Shown piece after piece: positions 47,507-57,403 of a stretch of DNA of 57,621 bases. The stretch covers positions 1-57,621 of the forward strand of contig JALFAW010000309.1 of the NCBI GenBank assembly GCA_022773305.1, given 5' to 3'. The translations under genes were made by a program, and so were the position numbers. The stretch comes from Spirochaetia bacterium. Lineage in GTDB: Bacteria > Spirochaetota > Spirochaetia > Treponematales > Treponemataceae. The notes beneath the pieces are model-generated. The model searched no databases. It was not told the DNA's origin and saw only the letters and a list, made by a program, of their open reading frames with translations. Every line of letters starts with the position of its first letter. The first letter of the stretch is position 1.

Positions 47507-48709
47507 ATGACAATTATAGCAGAAAAAATAGTTTTTGGTGGAAATTCTCTTGCAAAAATTGATGGAAAAAATGTTTTTGTGCCTTTTGCAATTCCAGGGG
47601 AAACTTTGGAAGTGCAGATTACAAAGAATTATAAAGATTACGATGTTGCAGAAATAACTTCAATCATCAATCCTTCAAAACACAGAGTTGAACCTCCCTG
47701 TAAATATTATAAAAAATGTGGAGGTTGCAATATGCTTCACATTGACTATGATTTTCAAAAAAAATTACGAACACAGATTTTGTCAGATTTATTTTTGCAG
47801 CAGGGAATTGACGTTCAAAATCAAATCGAAATTATTTCGGGGCAAAACTATAATTATCGCTGCCGTTTTCAATTAAATAATGGCGGACTTTCAGAACGTT
47901 CTTCAAATAATATTATTCCAATTGAACAATGTTATTGTGCAGAAAAAAAAATAAACGAATATTTGCAAAACACTCCTTTTGATAAAAGACCAAAAGGTAG
48001 AATTCCTTTGTTTGGCTCAGACTTCTCAGAAAATAATGTTATGATTTATCAGGAAAAACAAAGTTTTCAGGAAAAAAATACCAGTTATATCAAAAACGGC
48101 AGAAAACAGAAAATAAAGAAAAATGTTCACTTTGCAGGTACAGTTTATTCTCCCGAAAACTCGATTACAGTAATGCTTAACGGGAAAAACCTTTCTTTTG
48201 ATGTTAGGGGATTTTTTCAGTCAAATCTTTTTGTTTTCGAAAAAGTTCTTAATCTCATAGTACAGAATCTTGAAGGTGGAGAAAATATTCTTGATATGTA
48301 TGCTGGCTGCGGCTCAATCTCTGCATTTTTATCTGATTTATATGAAAATGTTGTTCTTGTAGAACACAATAGAGATGCATTAGTTTATGCAGAACAAAAT
48401 CTTATTGGAAGAAAACACACAAGTTTTGGAATGAGCGGTGCCAGTTGGATTAAAAACTGCGCTTCAACCTGCCAGCCTTTTGACGCCTGCGTCATTGACC
48501 CTCCACGTTCTGGAATGGAAAAAGAAGTTTGCGATTATTTATGCAATTCAAATATCAAAAAGATTATTTCACTTTCTTGCGATCCTTCTACACACGCAAG
48601 AGACTGCAAAAAACTTATCCAAGCAGGATATAAAATAAAAAAAATCTATCTTCTAGATTTTTATCCGAACACAAGCCATATAGAAAGTATTGTTGTTTTT
48701 CAAAAGTAG
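47507..48709 (+). CDS. TRAM-domain RNA uracil-C5 methyltransferase (RlmD/RumA family)
   Basis: TRAM (FAIPGE), CKYYKKCGGC Fe-S motif, FFQSN, DMYAGCG, DPPRSG, SCDPSTHARD, FYPNTSHIE. Confidence 0.92.
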   Translation: MTIIAEKIVFGGNSLAKIDGKNVFVPFAIPGETLEVQITKNYKDYDVAEITSIINPSKHRVEPPCKYYKKCGGCNMLHIDYDFQKKLRTQILSDLFLQQGIDVQNQIEIISGQNYNYRCRFQLNNGGLSERSSNNIIPIEQCYCAEKKINEYLQNTPFDKRPKGRIPLFGSDFSENNVMIYQEKQSFQEKNTSYIKNGRKQKIKKNVHFAGTVYSPENSITVMLNGKNLSFDVRGFFQSNLFVFEKVLNLIVQNLEGGENILDMYAGCGSISAFLSDLYENVVLVEHNRDALVYAEQNLIGRKHTSFGMSGASWIKNCASTCQPFDACVIDPPRSGMEKEVCDYLCNSNIKKIISLSCDPSTHARDCKKLIQAGYKIKKIYLLDFYPNTSHIESIVVFQK

Positions 48710-48713
48710 TAAT

Positions 48714-50558
48714 ATGAATTTTTTTACAAAACCAAATTTTCATTACAGACACAAAAATCTCTTTGAGCCAAACATTTTTGTTTTACTGCTTATTTTGATT
48801 TTCATAAACCCGGCAAAACTTTTTTGTCAGACAGCTGAAAAACTTACAAATCTCAATACAAGCTGGACTACAGTTCTTACTGGCACACCTGTTTCAGCTC
48901 CAGTTTCTACAAGCTATGGATTTTGTGTTGTTACTGATGCTAAATCAGTTTCTGCTTTTTCTCAGGAAGGCACGTTGATTTGGGAAAAAACAATAAAAAA
49001 ATCAAAAAACATTTCAATCACTTGCCTTTATGATGATTTTTTACTCATTTCAGACTTTCAAAATCAAACAATTACATTATTAAACCCCACAGGACTTCAG
49101 ATTTGGTCATTATCAGTAGAGAATTCTTTCTGGCAAGTATTGTCTGGAAAAGATGGAAGATTTTTTATAATTCAGAAAGACAATATCAATTGTTACGGCA
49201 TCAACGGAATTCAAAAATGGAATATAAAAACTGAACATTCTGTAAAACAAACTCTTTTGCCCAAAACTTTACCAGATGGTTCTTTTGTTGTTTTTTTGGA
49301 GGAAGTTGATGGTAAAACAAAAGGACTTCGTTTATCACCTTACGGAACAAAAATAGAAGAAATCACATTTGCCGGAAACATTTCAAAAGCTTTTTCAGGC
49401 GAATACGGTATTTTTCTGCTTTTTAACGATAACACTACTGGTTTATTTTCCCTTGAAAATGGTTTTGCTAAAAACAAATGGGCTGTCAAATCAGATTTGT
49501 CTATGCAGACATTTTATTTGGAAACAAATTTATCAGAACAAACTGATTTTCTAGTTCAGTTTCAGAAAAATCAGAACAAAACACTTGTCATAAATTTTCT
49601 TTCACAAATAAGTGGAAAAATCCAAAAAAAAATTGAAACAAAACTTATAAATCCAGACAAAACAGATTTGATAAAAATTCAAAATCAAAATATCCTTGTT
49701 TCAGACAATCTATCAACAATTGTTTTTTCATCGGAGGGAAAACTTATTTACAATGCGAAAAATCCGCAGAATAAAAAAATTTTGTATAAACTTTTTACAG
49801 ATTCAAATTATCTAATATTTTTTTATGATGACTGGAGCATCGATTCATACCATATTTTTTCAAAACAAAATCTGACAAATCAAAGTTCAGTTTCATCAAA
49901 AAAACAGTTTTCAAGTAATTATAACATTGATTCAATTCCCTATGCTTCATTTCTTGACATAAATGACAATCAGTTTGATGTACAGTTTTCTCAAAAATTT
50001 TCTGATGAAATCACAAATCCCCAGCGAATTGAAAAATTGTTAACGGGAAATTATTCTGATTCCGAACAGCACTGGCTTTCTCAAATCATTTCCATTGTAA
50101 ATCAATATAAAAAAGTACAAAAGCAATCAAATTTTGGAACAAGAACCGAACCTACAATTTTTCAAAATGATGCGAAAGGATTTGAATCCATTTTGACCCA
50201 ACTACTTTTGTTTTCAAATAAGGAAACTCAAAATCTGGCAGCTGACATTTTGAATAGTGAAACAAATAAGTCATTCATTATGGCAATTCTATTTGGAATT
50301 TGTAAGAACGGTTATGACCCTGACCAGAAACTTTTACAAGCCTTAGAAAAACTTTCACAAAGAGTTACTTCCAAAGATACAACTATTATTAATCTCATCT
50401 GCGACAGTGTTTATTCTATTTGCGTTTTTCAAGGAAGACCAGCCTATAACTCCAAAGGCAAACAAATTCTCGCAAATTTTATGTATCCGCAATATTCTTC
50501 CACAAATCGTGATTACGCAAGAAATACACTAAAAAGGATTCTGGAACTTGGTTTATGA
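48714..50558 (+). CDS. Exported hypothetical protein, PQQ-like beta-propeller N-terminus plus helical C-terminus
   Basis: Signal-like segment; recurrent GxxxW blades (GTLIW, GLQIW, GIQKW); ATG 48714 just after the upstream stop. Confidence 0.65.
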   Translation: MNFFTKPNFHYRHKNLFEPNIFVLLLILIFINPAKLFCQTAEKLTNLNTSWTTVLTGTPVSAPVSTSYGFCVVTDAKSVSAFSQEGTLIWEKTIKKSKNISITCLYDDFLLISDFQNQTITLLNPTGLQIWSLSVENSFWQVLSGKDGRFFIIQKDNINCYGINGIQKWNIKTEHSVKQTLLPKTLPDGSFVVFLEEVDGKTKGLRLSPYGTKIEEITFAGNISKAFSGEYGIFLLFNDNTTGLFSLENGFAKNKWAVKSDLSMQTFYLETNLSEQTDFLVQFQKNQNKTLVINFLSQISGKIQKKIETKLINPDKTDLIKIQNQNILVSDNLSTIVFSSEGKLIYNAKNPQNKKILYKLFTDSNYLIFFYDDWSIDSYHIFSKQNLTNQSSVSSKKQFSSNYNIDSIPYASFLDINDNQFDVQFSQKFSDEITNPQRIEKLLTGNYSDSEQHWLSQIISIVNQYKKVQKQSNFGTRTEPTIFQNDAKGFESILTQLLLFSNKETQNLAADILNSETNKSFIMAILFGICKNGYDPDQKLLQALEKLSQRVTSKDTTIINLICDSVYSICVFQGRPAYNSKGKQILANFMYPQYSSTNRDYARNTLKRILELGL

Positions 50559-50643
50559 TTTTCACTTTTTTTATGGAAAAAAAACATAAAGTATGTTAAA
50601 ATTAATTTAAATGCTTTCAAAATCTGCATAACAAGAGGATTTT

Positions 50644-52287
50644 ATGAAAAAGGTTTTATTTTTAATTACAGTTTTATTTTTTATTATTTTACAAGTTCAT
50701 TCTCTTGAAGTTTCAAAAAGGGAACTTCAGAGCATTTCAAATAATTCAACAATCGAATTCATAAACTACACGGGTCCTCACAAAAAAATCGATTCTATTG
50801 AAGCAATCAAAGGAATAGGTTCAAATCTTGCTCAAAATATTCCCCAGAATTTAACTGAATTTCAAAAAAACGGAAATTTAAATCGTTATTCAATTATTCA
50901 TGCTGTAGACTCTTCTCAAAAAGATAAAATTGATGCTGATATAATTCTTATTGGAAAAGATGCAACAGTAGATCACATAACTAATGTAAGACGAATAATT
51001 TCTGCATATTTATCTGCGGCTTATAATTATTCCCAGGAAGATGCAGATACACTTGCCGTTTTCATTACAGTTTACAATGCAGTGTATCGAAGTGATCTTG
51101 ATTCATTTAAATCTAAATATAAAGATATAGTTATTCAAAATCTAACGCAAGAAAACTGCGGACTTTCAGTAAATTATAAAGACTGGCCTGGAAATTCTCA
51201 GATTGTCATTCCGCTTTTTGATGTGACTAGTTCAGATATTTCAACTGTAGATACCTCTGTTATAAGTGATACAAAAGTAGTAACTTCAATGAAAGAAGAT
51301 GATGATAAAAATGTTGAAGCTCGAAAAAATATGGTCGATATAAAAGAAAGAGAAGCTGAGAATGCTCAGGATAAAGCTCAGAATGCTCAAAAAACAGCTG
51401 TAGAAGAACAAAAAAAGGTAAATGAAGAAAAAAATAAAACACAAGAAGTAAAAAAAGAAGCAGAACTGGCTCAAAAAGAAGCTGAAGACGCTCAAAAAGA
51501 AGCTGAAGAAAAACAGAAAATAGCGGAAGAGAATCCTGAAAATGAAAAGGCACAAGAAGAAGCCGAGGAAGCCCAAAAAAAAGCAGATGATGCTCAAAAA
51601 GAAGCTGAAGAAAAACAACAGGAACTAGAAAATCAGGAACAAAAGCAAGCTGAACAGGAAGAAAAAGCTCAAGCAGCAAAAGAAGAAGCAAAAAATCAGC
51701 AAGCTTTAGCAGATAAGAAACAAACAGAAGCTCAAAATGAAAGAAAAGACATTGCAAAAGACCAAAAAGAAATTGCTCAAAAACAAGCAGAACAAGCAAA
51801 AATGCCGGTTGATTATGCAATTGTAATTACTGATGAAAATCAATATCTTTCAAAACTCGTAAGATTCAATAAAGACACTGGAGAAATCATCAAAAGTTCG
51901 CCAGTGAATGTTATTCGAAACAGGACTTTTTTTGATTCAAATGAAAATTATATTGCAATTTGTGGTGAAGAAAATGCAAATGGGACTATTAAACTTGTTA
52001 CAATAGACAAAGAGTCAATGGAAATCACAAAAGAATCTGATTATAAAATTGCAGCTGCTTCTGTTTTAGTTCAAGAAAATGATTCATATTATTGTATTAC
52101 GGATGAAGATGGAAAATATTTTGTAGCGAAATTTGCAAATGATTTATCGCTTAAACAAAAATCTCAAATTCAAGTTTTAAGCTGCACACCAATCACAATT
52201 ACACAAACTGCTTTAGTTGTAACAAATGAAAACGGTTCACTGTCAATTCTAGATAAAGAAACTTTACAAGAGATAACTGGAAAATAA
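50644..52287 (+). CDS. P83/100-family exported protein
   Basis: IEFINYTGP, DHITNVRRIISAYL, AVFITVYNAVYR, WPGNSQIVIPL; central A/Q/E/K coiled coil. Confidence 0.9.
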   Translation: MKKVLFLITVLFFIILQVHSLEVSKRELQSISNNSTIEFINYTGPHKKIDSIEAIKGIGSNLAQNIPQNLTEFQKNGNLNRYSIIHAVDSSQKDKIDADIILIGKDATVDHITNVRRIISAYLSAAYNYSQEDADTLAVFITVYNAVYRSDLDSFKSKYKDIVIQNLTQENCGLSVNYKDWPGNSQIVIPLFDVTSSDISTVDTSVISDTKVVTSMKEDDDKNVEARKNMVDIKEREAENAQDKAQNAQKTAVEEQKKVNEEKNKTQEVKKEAELAQKEAEDAQKEAEEKQKIAEENPENEKAQEEAEEAQKKADDAQKEAEEKQQELENQEQKQAEQEEKAQAAKEEAKNQQALADKKQTEAQNERKDIAKDQKEIAQKQAEQAKMPVDYAIVITDENQYLSKLVRFNKDTGEIIKSSPVNVIRNRTFFDSNENYIAICGEENANGTIKLVTIDKESMEITKESDYKIAAASVLVQENDSYYCITDEDGKYFVAKFANDLSLKQKSQIQVLSCTPITITQTALVVTNENGSLSILDKETLQEITGK

Positions 52288-52299
52288 TAAATATATAAT

Positions 52300-52360
52300 A
52301 AAAAGCGTTTTTATAAATTTCCTGGTTATTTAGTTTTTTTTTATAAAACGCTTTTTTTTT
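52300..52360. terminator. Probable bidirectional terminator between the P83/100 gene and dnaB
   Basis: AAAAAGCGTTTTTATAAA..TTTATAAAACGCTTTTT inverted repeat between convergent genes; AT-rich with a large loop. Confidence 0.55.
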
Positions 52361-53681
52361 ATTCTTCCACTTTTCCTTCAAACTTGCTGTATGTTGGCAA
52401 AAAGATAATTGGAATGTCACCTGTGGCACCGTTTCGTTGTTTTGCAAGAATAATTTCTGCATCTTGAGCTGCAACCTCTTCTTTTAAACGGTCTCTATGC
52501 AAAAACATTACAACATCAGCATCCTGTTCAATGGAACCAGAACCACGAAGCTGTGCAAGATTTGGTTTTTGACCTTCTGCATCTCTGGCAACCTGACAAA
52601 GTGCTACAATCGGAATTGCAAGTTCACGTGCCAAAGCTTTTAATGATTTAGATATTTCAGAAACTTGTTCAAAAACAGGAGCAGTTGGATCTTCTGTTGT
52701 AATCAAACCAATATAGTCAATAAAAATGATTTTCACACCTTGATTCATTACCATTCGTCGTGCCATAGCTTTTAAATCTAGAAGCCGCATATTAGGTGTA
52801 TCAACTACATAAAGAGGTGCATGAAACCATCTACCAGCTGCATCCTGAACTTTTTTAATGTCTTCCATTCTAAGCATACCAGAACGAATTTTTTGCATTG
52901 AAACTCTTGCTTCTTGTGCTAAAAGACGCATGCCAATTGATTCATATGGCATTTCCAATGAAAAAAATCCACAAGCAATTTTCTTTTCACAGGCAATATG
53001 CTGAATCATTGATAGAGCCAAAGCAGTTTTACCGATTGAAGGTCTGGCTCCGATAATAATCAATTCTGAATTCTGAAATCCAGATGTATAAATATCAAGT
53101 TTTGGAAGTCCTGTTGGAATTCCAGTAAACTGATTTTTACTATCACATCTGGCTTGCACAAGTTCAATTTCTTTCATCATAATGACTTTTGCATCATAAA
53201 TTTTCGAAGTTTCATTACGTTCAGCCAGTGAAAATATCTGCTGTTCTGCAAAATCTAAAAGTCTGTTGCTTTCTTTTTGTAAATCAAATGCTGAAGATTT
53301 AATTTCTGCTGATACTTTTATCAAATCTCGTCGGGCAGCCCTATCCATCACAATGTTTGCATAGTAATCGATATTTGCAGAAGAAGGAACTGTGTCTGTT
53401 AATGAGGCAATATAAGCAGCTCCCCCAGCCTTTTCAAGATTATTGTCAATTGTCAGTTGGTTTACAAGAGTAATTGAATCGCATGTTTTATTCAAATTGT
53501 AAAGTTTTAGCATTGCATCAAAAATAACTTGATTTTGAACTGAATAAAATCTATCAGGACGTAAATAAGATACAACATCAGCAATTGCTTCACTCCAATT
53601 CAAAAGTAAAGCCCCCAAAACAGCCTGTTCTGCTTCAATATTTTTTGGAGGAACTGTATCCTTTAAAATATTCTGATCCAT
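52359..53681 (-). CDS. dnaB: Replicative DNA helicase
   Basis: EAEQAVLG, GARPSIGKT, FSLEM, IDYIGL, LRGSGSIEQDAD, KQRNGATG; no intein. Confidence 0.97.
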   Translation of the reverse strand: MDQNILKDTVPPKNIEAEQAVLGALLLNWSEAIADVVSYLRPDRFYSVQNQVIFDAMLKLYNLNKTCDSITLVNQLTIDNNLEKAGGAAYIASLTDTVPSSANIDYYANIVMDRAARRDLIKVSAEIKSSAFDLQKESNRLLDFAEQQIFSLAERNETSKIYDAKVIMMKEIELVQARCDSKNQFTGIPTGLPKLDIYTSGFQNSELIIIGARPSIGKTALALSMIQHIACEKKIACGFFSLEMPYESIGMRLLAQEARVSMQKIRSGMLRMEDIKKVQDAAGRWFHAPLYVVDTPNMRLLDLKAMARRMVMNQGVKIIFIDYIGLITTEDPTAPVFEQVSEISKSLKALARELAIPIVALCQVARDAEGQKPNLAQLRGSGSIEQDADVVMFLHRDRLKEEVAAQDAEIILAKQRNGATGDIPIIFLPTYSKFEGKVEE

Positions 53682-53744
53682 AATACCCCTTTTATTCCTT
53701 TTAGAATAACAAATTAAATCAAAAACATCAATTTTGAAAATCGA

Positions 53745-53782
53745 AAAAAAAAGAGACGGTATGACTAATAACCGTCCCTTTT
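53745..53782 (-). terminator. Intrinsic terminator after rplI
   Basis: Minus strand GGGACGGT-loop-ACCGTCTC followed by a long U-run. Confidence 0.75.
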
Positions 53783-53803
53783 ATAAAAAAAAACTATTGA
53801 AAA

Positions 53804-54334
53804 CTATTCAGTTTTTTCTTCAACTTTTGCTTCCTCTTTAGTTTCTTTTTTTGCTTTTGCAGGTTCTGCTTTAGCTTCACCTTCAACTGTTTGAGCAACT
53901 ACAGAAACGTTAAGTTCAGCAACCTGAGCTTCGTAAAGTTTTACAGTTGCTTTAAAGTTTCCAACATTTTTAATTGCTGAACCTGGTATTTCAATTTTTT
54001 TGCGTTCAATCTCAAAACCAAGTTTTGCAAGACCTTCAACAACCACATGTGAAGTAACAGCAGCATACAATTTTCCGTTAGCAGCAGCTGGCATAACCAA
54101 TTCAAGTGTTGTTGATTCAAGTCTTTCTTTCAAACTTGCAGAATTCTTTCTCTTTAATTCTTTACGTGCTTCGATTTCTGCTTTTCTTTCTTCAAAAATT
54201 GCTACAGTTGCTTCATTGTAAGGAACAGCAAGATTTCTAGGCAAAAGGAAGTTGCGTGCATAACCATTTGCAACGTTTTTTACATCACCTTCTTCACCAA
54301 GTGATTTAACATCTACATTAAGAATAACTTTCAT
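53804..54334 (-). CDS. rplI: 50S ribosomal protein L9
   Basis: MKVIL..LGEEGDVKNVANGYARNFLLP; ATG 54334 has better SD spacing than TTG 54340. Confidence 0.97.
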   Translation of the reverse strand: MKVILNVDVKSLGEEGDVKNVANGYARNFLLPRNLAVPYNEATVAIFEERKAEIEARKELKRKNSASLKERLESTTLELVMPAAANGKLYAAVTSHVVVEGLAKLGFEIERKKIEIPGSAIKNVGNFKATVKLYEAQVAELNVSVVAQTVEGEAKAEPAKAKKETKEEAKVEEKTE

Positions 54335-54411
54335 TTTCAAGCTCCTGAAATATTCATCTGTTTTCTCGGAGTATGAGAAAACTTATTGTAATAGCCGAAA
54401 ATCGGCTTAAA

Positions 54412-54729
54412 TTAGTCTGCAACGAATGGAAGCAGGCTGATTGTGCGTGCACGTTTAATTGCTTTTGCAACTTCACGCTGATGTTTTGCACAAGTACCAG
54501 TCATGCGACGTGGAAGAATTTTTCCACGTTCTGTCATGTAACGACGAAGATTGTCTGCATCTTTGTAATCGATTTTTGCTTTGTTAGCACAGAAACGACA
54601 AACCTTTTTGCGGAAATATGTTTTTCCTTTTGCACGTCCATCACGATCTTCTTCACGTCCTTCAGAAGCTGATGTATCAACAACTGCATCCTGAACTTGT
54701 TTTTCCATTTCTTTATTTTCTTCTGACAT
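54412..54729 (-). CDS. rpsR: 30S ribosomal protein S18 (zinc-binding form, N-terminal extension)
   Basis: [32 protein letters not shown]. Confidence 0.97.
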   Translation of the reverse strand: MSEENKEMEKQVQDAVVDTSASEGREEDRDGRAKGKTYFRKKVCRFCANKAKIDYKDADNLRRYMTERGKILPRRMTGTCAKHQREVAKAIKRARTISLLPFVAD

Positions 54730-54752
54730 AGTTTATACCTCTTTTGTCTTAA

Positions 54753-55232
54753 TTAGAATGGTATATCTTCCGGGAAATCATTTCCAGTGTCACCATAAGG
54801 TTCACTTTGATAATTTGAATATCCAGAATTCTGATTAGGATTATTAACTGGTTGAAATCTTGATGCACCCCCAGTCGATTGACTGTTTTCACTTCTTCCA
54901 CCAAGTAATTGAACAGAATCTGCTACAATTGAAATTCTACTTTGTTTCTGTCCATCTTTTTCCCATCTATCCTGTTTTAAATGTCCTTCAACACAAATCT
55001 GTTTTCCCTTTGTAAGATATGGTTTTAGATTTTCAGCGGTTTTACCCCAAATTGTAACATTGAAATAATTAACCTCTTCAATCCACTGTTCACCGTTTTT
55101 TTTGTTTCTATTAACAGCAATACTCACATTTGCCCTAGCCTGGCCACCATTTGTATAACCAAAACTTCTTTCATCAGAGCCAAGATCTTGAGTAAGACGA
55201 CCAATAAGAACAACATGATTTAAGTCTGTCAT
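54753..55232 (-). CDS. ssb: Single-stranded DNA-binding protein
   Basis: LNHVVLIGRL, OB fold, C-terminal EDIPF. Confidence 0.97.
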   Translation of the reverse strand: MTDLNHVVLIGRLTQDLGSDERSFGYTNGGQARANVSIAVNRNKKNGEQWIEEVNYFNVTIWGKTAENLKPYLTKGKQICVEGHLKQDRWEKDGQKQSRISIVADSVQLLGGRSENSQSTGGASRFQPVNNPNQNSGYSNYQSEPYGDTGNDFPEDIPF

Positions 55233-55275
55233 AAAAACTCCTTTAATTTAATCTTAAACTTAAGTGAAAAACAAA

Positions 55276-55557
55276 CTATTCGTCGATTTTAACGAACTGA
55301 GTTTTCAAAAGATTCATATTAATTTTGAAAGTTTTTTCAATTTCTATAATTTTTGAAGGATTACATTTCAAAGTGTAAAGAACAAATCGTCCTTTTTTGT
55401 GTTTTTTGATTTCGTAAGTAAGATCACGATCACCGAATGGTTTTTCTTCTACAATTTCTGCACCGAAAGTAGAAAGTGCATTTTTCAAATCTTCTGCACC
55501 TTTTTTAGCTTTTTCATCCTCAAGCGGATAAATAGCCATAAGTTCATACTTTTTCAT
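55276..55557 (-). CDS. rpsF: 30S ribosomal protein S6
   Basis: MKKYELM..GDRDLTYEIKK; first gene of rpsF-ssb-rpsR-rplI. Confidence 0.95.
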   Translation of the reverse strand: MKKYELMAIYPLEDEKAKKGAEDLKNALSTFGAEIVEEKPFGDRDLTYEIKKHKKGRFVLYTLKCNPSKIIEIEKTFKINMNLLKTQFVKIDE

Positions 55558-55659
55558 AAGTATCTCCTGAAAAGTAATTTTGTATAAACAAAATTTTTCC
55601 GGAGGAAAAACAATCTAGAAAATCAACGATTTTGACTGTACCTTGCAATTTTTGCAAGT

Positions 55660-55706
55660 CCTCCTTATGGGTAAAGAAAATCCTTTTACAGATTTCCAAG
55701 GGGTGT
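55660..55706 (-). promoter_or_regulatory. S6:S18-like autoregulatory leader motif
   Basis: Minus strand CCCCUU-GGAAAUCU..GGAUUUUC-UUUACCCAU-AAGGAGG: two stems with an unpaired CCC next to an SD-like strand; starts at the predicted TSS. Confidence 0.55.
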
Positions 55707-55712
55707 TCATTT

Positions 55713-55741
55713 AATATATAAAATTTCAAGTGCTTCGTCAA
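55713..55741 (-). promoter_or_regulatory. Putative sigma70 promoter of the rpsF operon
   Basis: TTGACG (55741-55736), 17 bp, TATATT (55718-55713). Confidence 0.6.
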
Positions 55742-55783
55742 TTCATACTTGTCAGTTTTTTTTTATTATATTATAATTTTATT

Positions 55784-57391
55784 ATGTCATCTACTTTGAG
55801 AAGTAAAAAAATACTTATTTCTATATTTTTAGTTTTTTCTTCTTTTTTTATTATAAACGCAAAATCAAAAAAAGAAAAAACTGTTATTAAATATATTCAT
55901 CCACGTATATATGAGTTTGACTTATGTGACACTGAGAATCAAGTCTTTTTATCTTATAATCCAAATATTAAGCTTTTTGATGTATACATAGATTTTTCAA
56001 AATATGTTCAACAGGATTTACCACAAGCAGGAGATAAAGTTATCTTCTATTATAAAGGATATTCTACAAAGGATGGTGGTTCTGTAAAAGCTACTGTTAC
56101 TGGTGACAATAATCAAAGAATTACTGATGAAGAAAAATATTTTGCAAAAAATCTTCAAAAAAAAGTGCCTTTTGAAAGTAGTGTTTCGTTTATTTTAAAT
56201 AAAGATGTAAAAAGTACAATTCAATTATATTTATGTAGCACAAAACAAAATAAGCCGGGGAAAGTAGATCAGTTCTTTTTGAATTTTAAAAGACTAAAAG
56301 AAACTACCGATACTTCAAAAGAATCTGCTAATCAGAAAGCAGCTGAAGAAAAAAATATTGAAATAATCGAAGTTACTACTGAAATCACTAAAGATGAAGA
56401 TATAAATGCATTAATTGCTGATACTCCAAACATTTCAGATAAAGAAAACATTCTTATGCTGGAACAGGCAAAAAATCAGATTAATAAGGAAAATCAGCAA
56501 AAAATTGAACAGGAAAGACTTGAGAAAGAAAGACTTGCTCGAATTGAAGAAGAAAAGAAAAAAATAGAAGAACAGAAACGTCTTGAGCAGGAAAAAATAA
56601 TTGCTCAAAAAGAGGAAGAAGATAGAAAAAAAGATCAAATGGATCTTGAAAAAGCACTTGAACTTGTAAAGAATAAAAAGTCTTCAGGATACCAAAAAGA
56701 ATTTTTACATGATTATATGATTTTTGATGAACCTGAAGTTGAACAAACAAATAAAGATAAATCTATAATATTAGAAAATCCAGATGAAACTGATTCTTTT
56801 GGAAAAACTCTTTTAATGAAAGCTGCAAAAGCTGGTAATGATTGGCAAATTTCTGCTCTCCTTGCTTCAGGTGCTAACGTAAATCTTAAAGATAAAGACG
56901 GTTGGACGGCATTAATGTATGCTGTAAGATATCAGGAAAGTTTAAATTGTGTTGATTTATTATTACAAGCACAAGCAGATGTCAAAATCAAAAATAAGTA
57001 TGGAAGTTCAGCTTTGATGATTGCTTCATGCTATAACAATAATCCTCAAATCATAAAAAAATTACTTTCATATTATCAAATGAATGATAAAGAAGTTTTA
57101 AAATCACTTGTGCTTTTATTATCAGAAAGTCAAACTTCAGAATACACGTCAATTGCAAAACTTAATGCTTTTCTTGATTATTCTGTTCCCTTAAACACTT
57201 TTTACGAAGGAAAAACTCCTTTGATGTATGCATGTGAATTTGGAAATTCTACTAAAATAATAAAAGTTTTGATTGATAATAATGCAATTACTTCTATTCG
57301 TTCAACTGAGGGAAAAACAGCATATGATTATGCCAGCGAAAACCAAAGTTTAGCTCATGATAGTAATTACTGGCTTTTAAACAAAAAATAA
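55784..57391 (+). CDS. Exported/membrane-anchored ankyrin-repeat protein with coiled-coil linker
   Basis: Ankyrin repeats GKTLLMKAA, GWTALMYA, GSSALMIA, GKTPLMYA, GKTAYDYA; E/K coiled coil; N-terminal hydrophobic segment. ATG 55784 preferred over GTG 55730. Confidence 0.88.
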   Translation: MSSTLRSKKILISIFLVFSSFFIINAKSKKEKTVIKYIHPRIYEFDLCDTENQVFLSYNPNIKLFDVYIDFSKYVQQDLPQAGDKVIFYYKGYSTKDGGSVKATVTGDNNQRITDEEKYFAKNLQKKVPFESSVSFILNKDVKSTIQLYLCSTKQNKPGKVDQFFLNFKRLKETTDTSKESANQKAAEEKNIEIIEVTTEITKDEDINALIADTPNISDKENILMLEQAKNQINKENQQKIEQERLEKERLARIEEEKKKIEEQKRLEQEKIIAQKEEEDRKKDQMDLEKALELVKNKKSSGYQKEFLHDYMIFDEPEVEQTNKDKSIILENPDETDSFGKTLLMKAAKAGNDWQISALLASGANVNLKDKDGWTALMYAVRYQESLNCVDLLLQAQADVKIKNKYGSSALMIASCYNNNPQIIKKLLSYYQMNDKEVLKSLVLLLSESQTSEYTSIAKLNAFLDYSVPLNTFYEGKTPLMYACEFGNSTKIIKVLIDNNAITSIRSTEGKTAYDYASENQSLAHDSNYWLLNKK

Positions 57392-57403
57392 TCAGGCAGG
57401 AAT

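Noticed and set aside
51260-51820. Leu/Phe-rich minus-strand ORFs (186 and 110 aa) resembling membrane proteins
   Set aside because: Antisense shadows of the GAA/AAA/CAA-rich coiled coil of P83/100; the same applies to 56435-56750 opposite the ankyrin protein.
52359-53681. Intein in DnaB
   Set aside because: Normal 440-aa length with contiguous helicase motifs.
54373-54672. 99-aa plus-strand ORF
   Set aside because: Antisense to the highly conserved rpsR.
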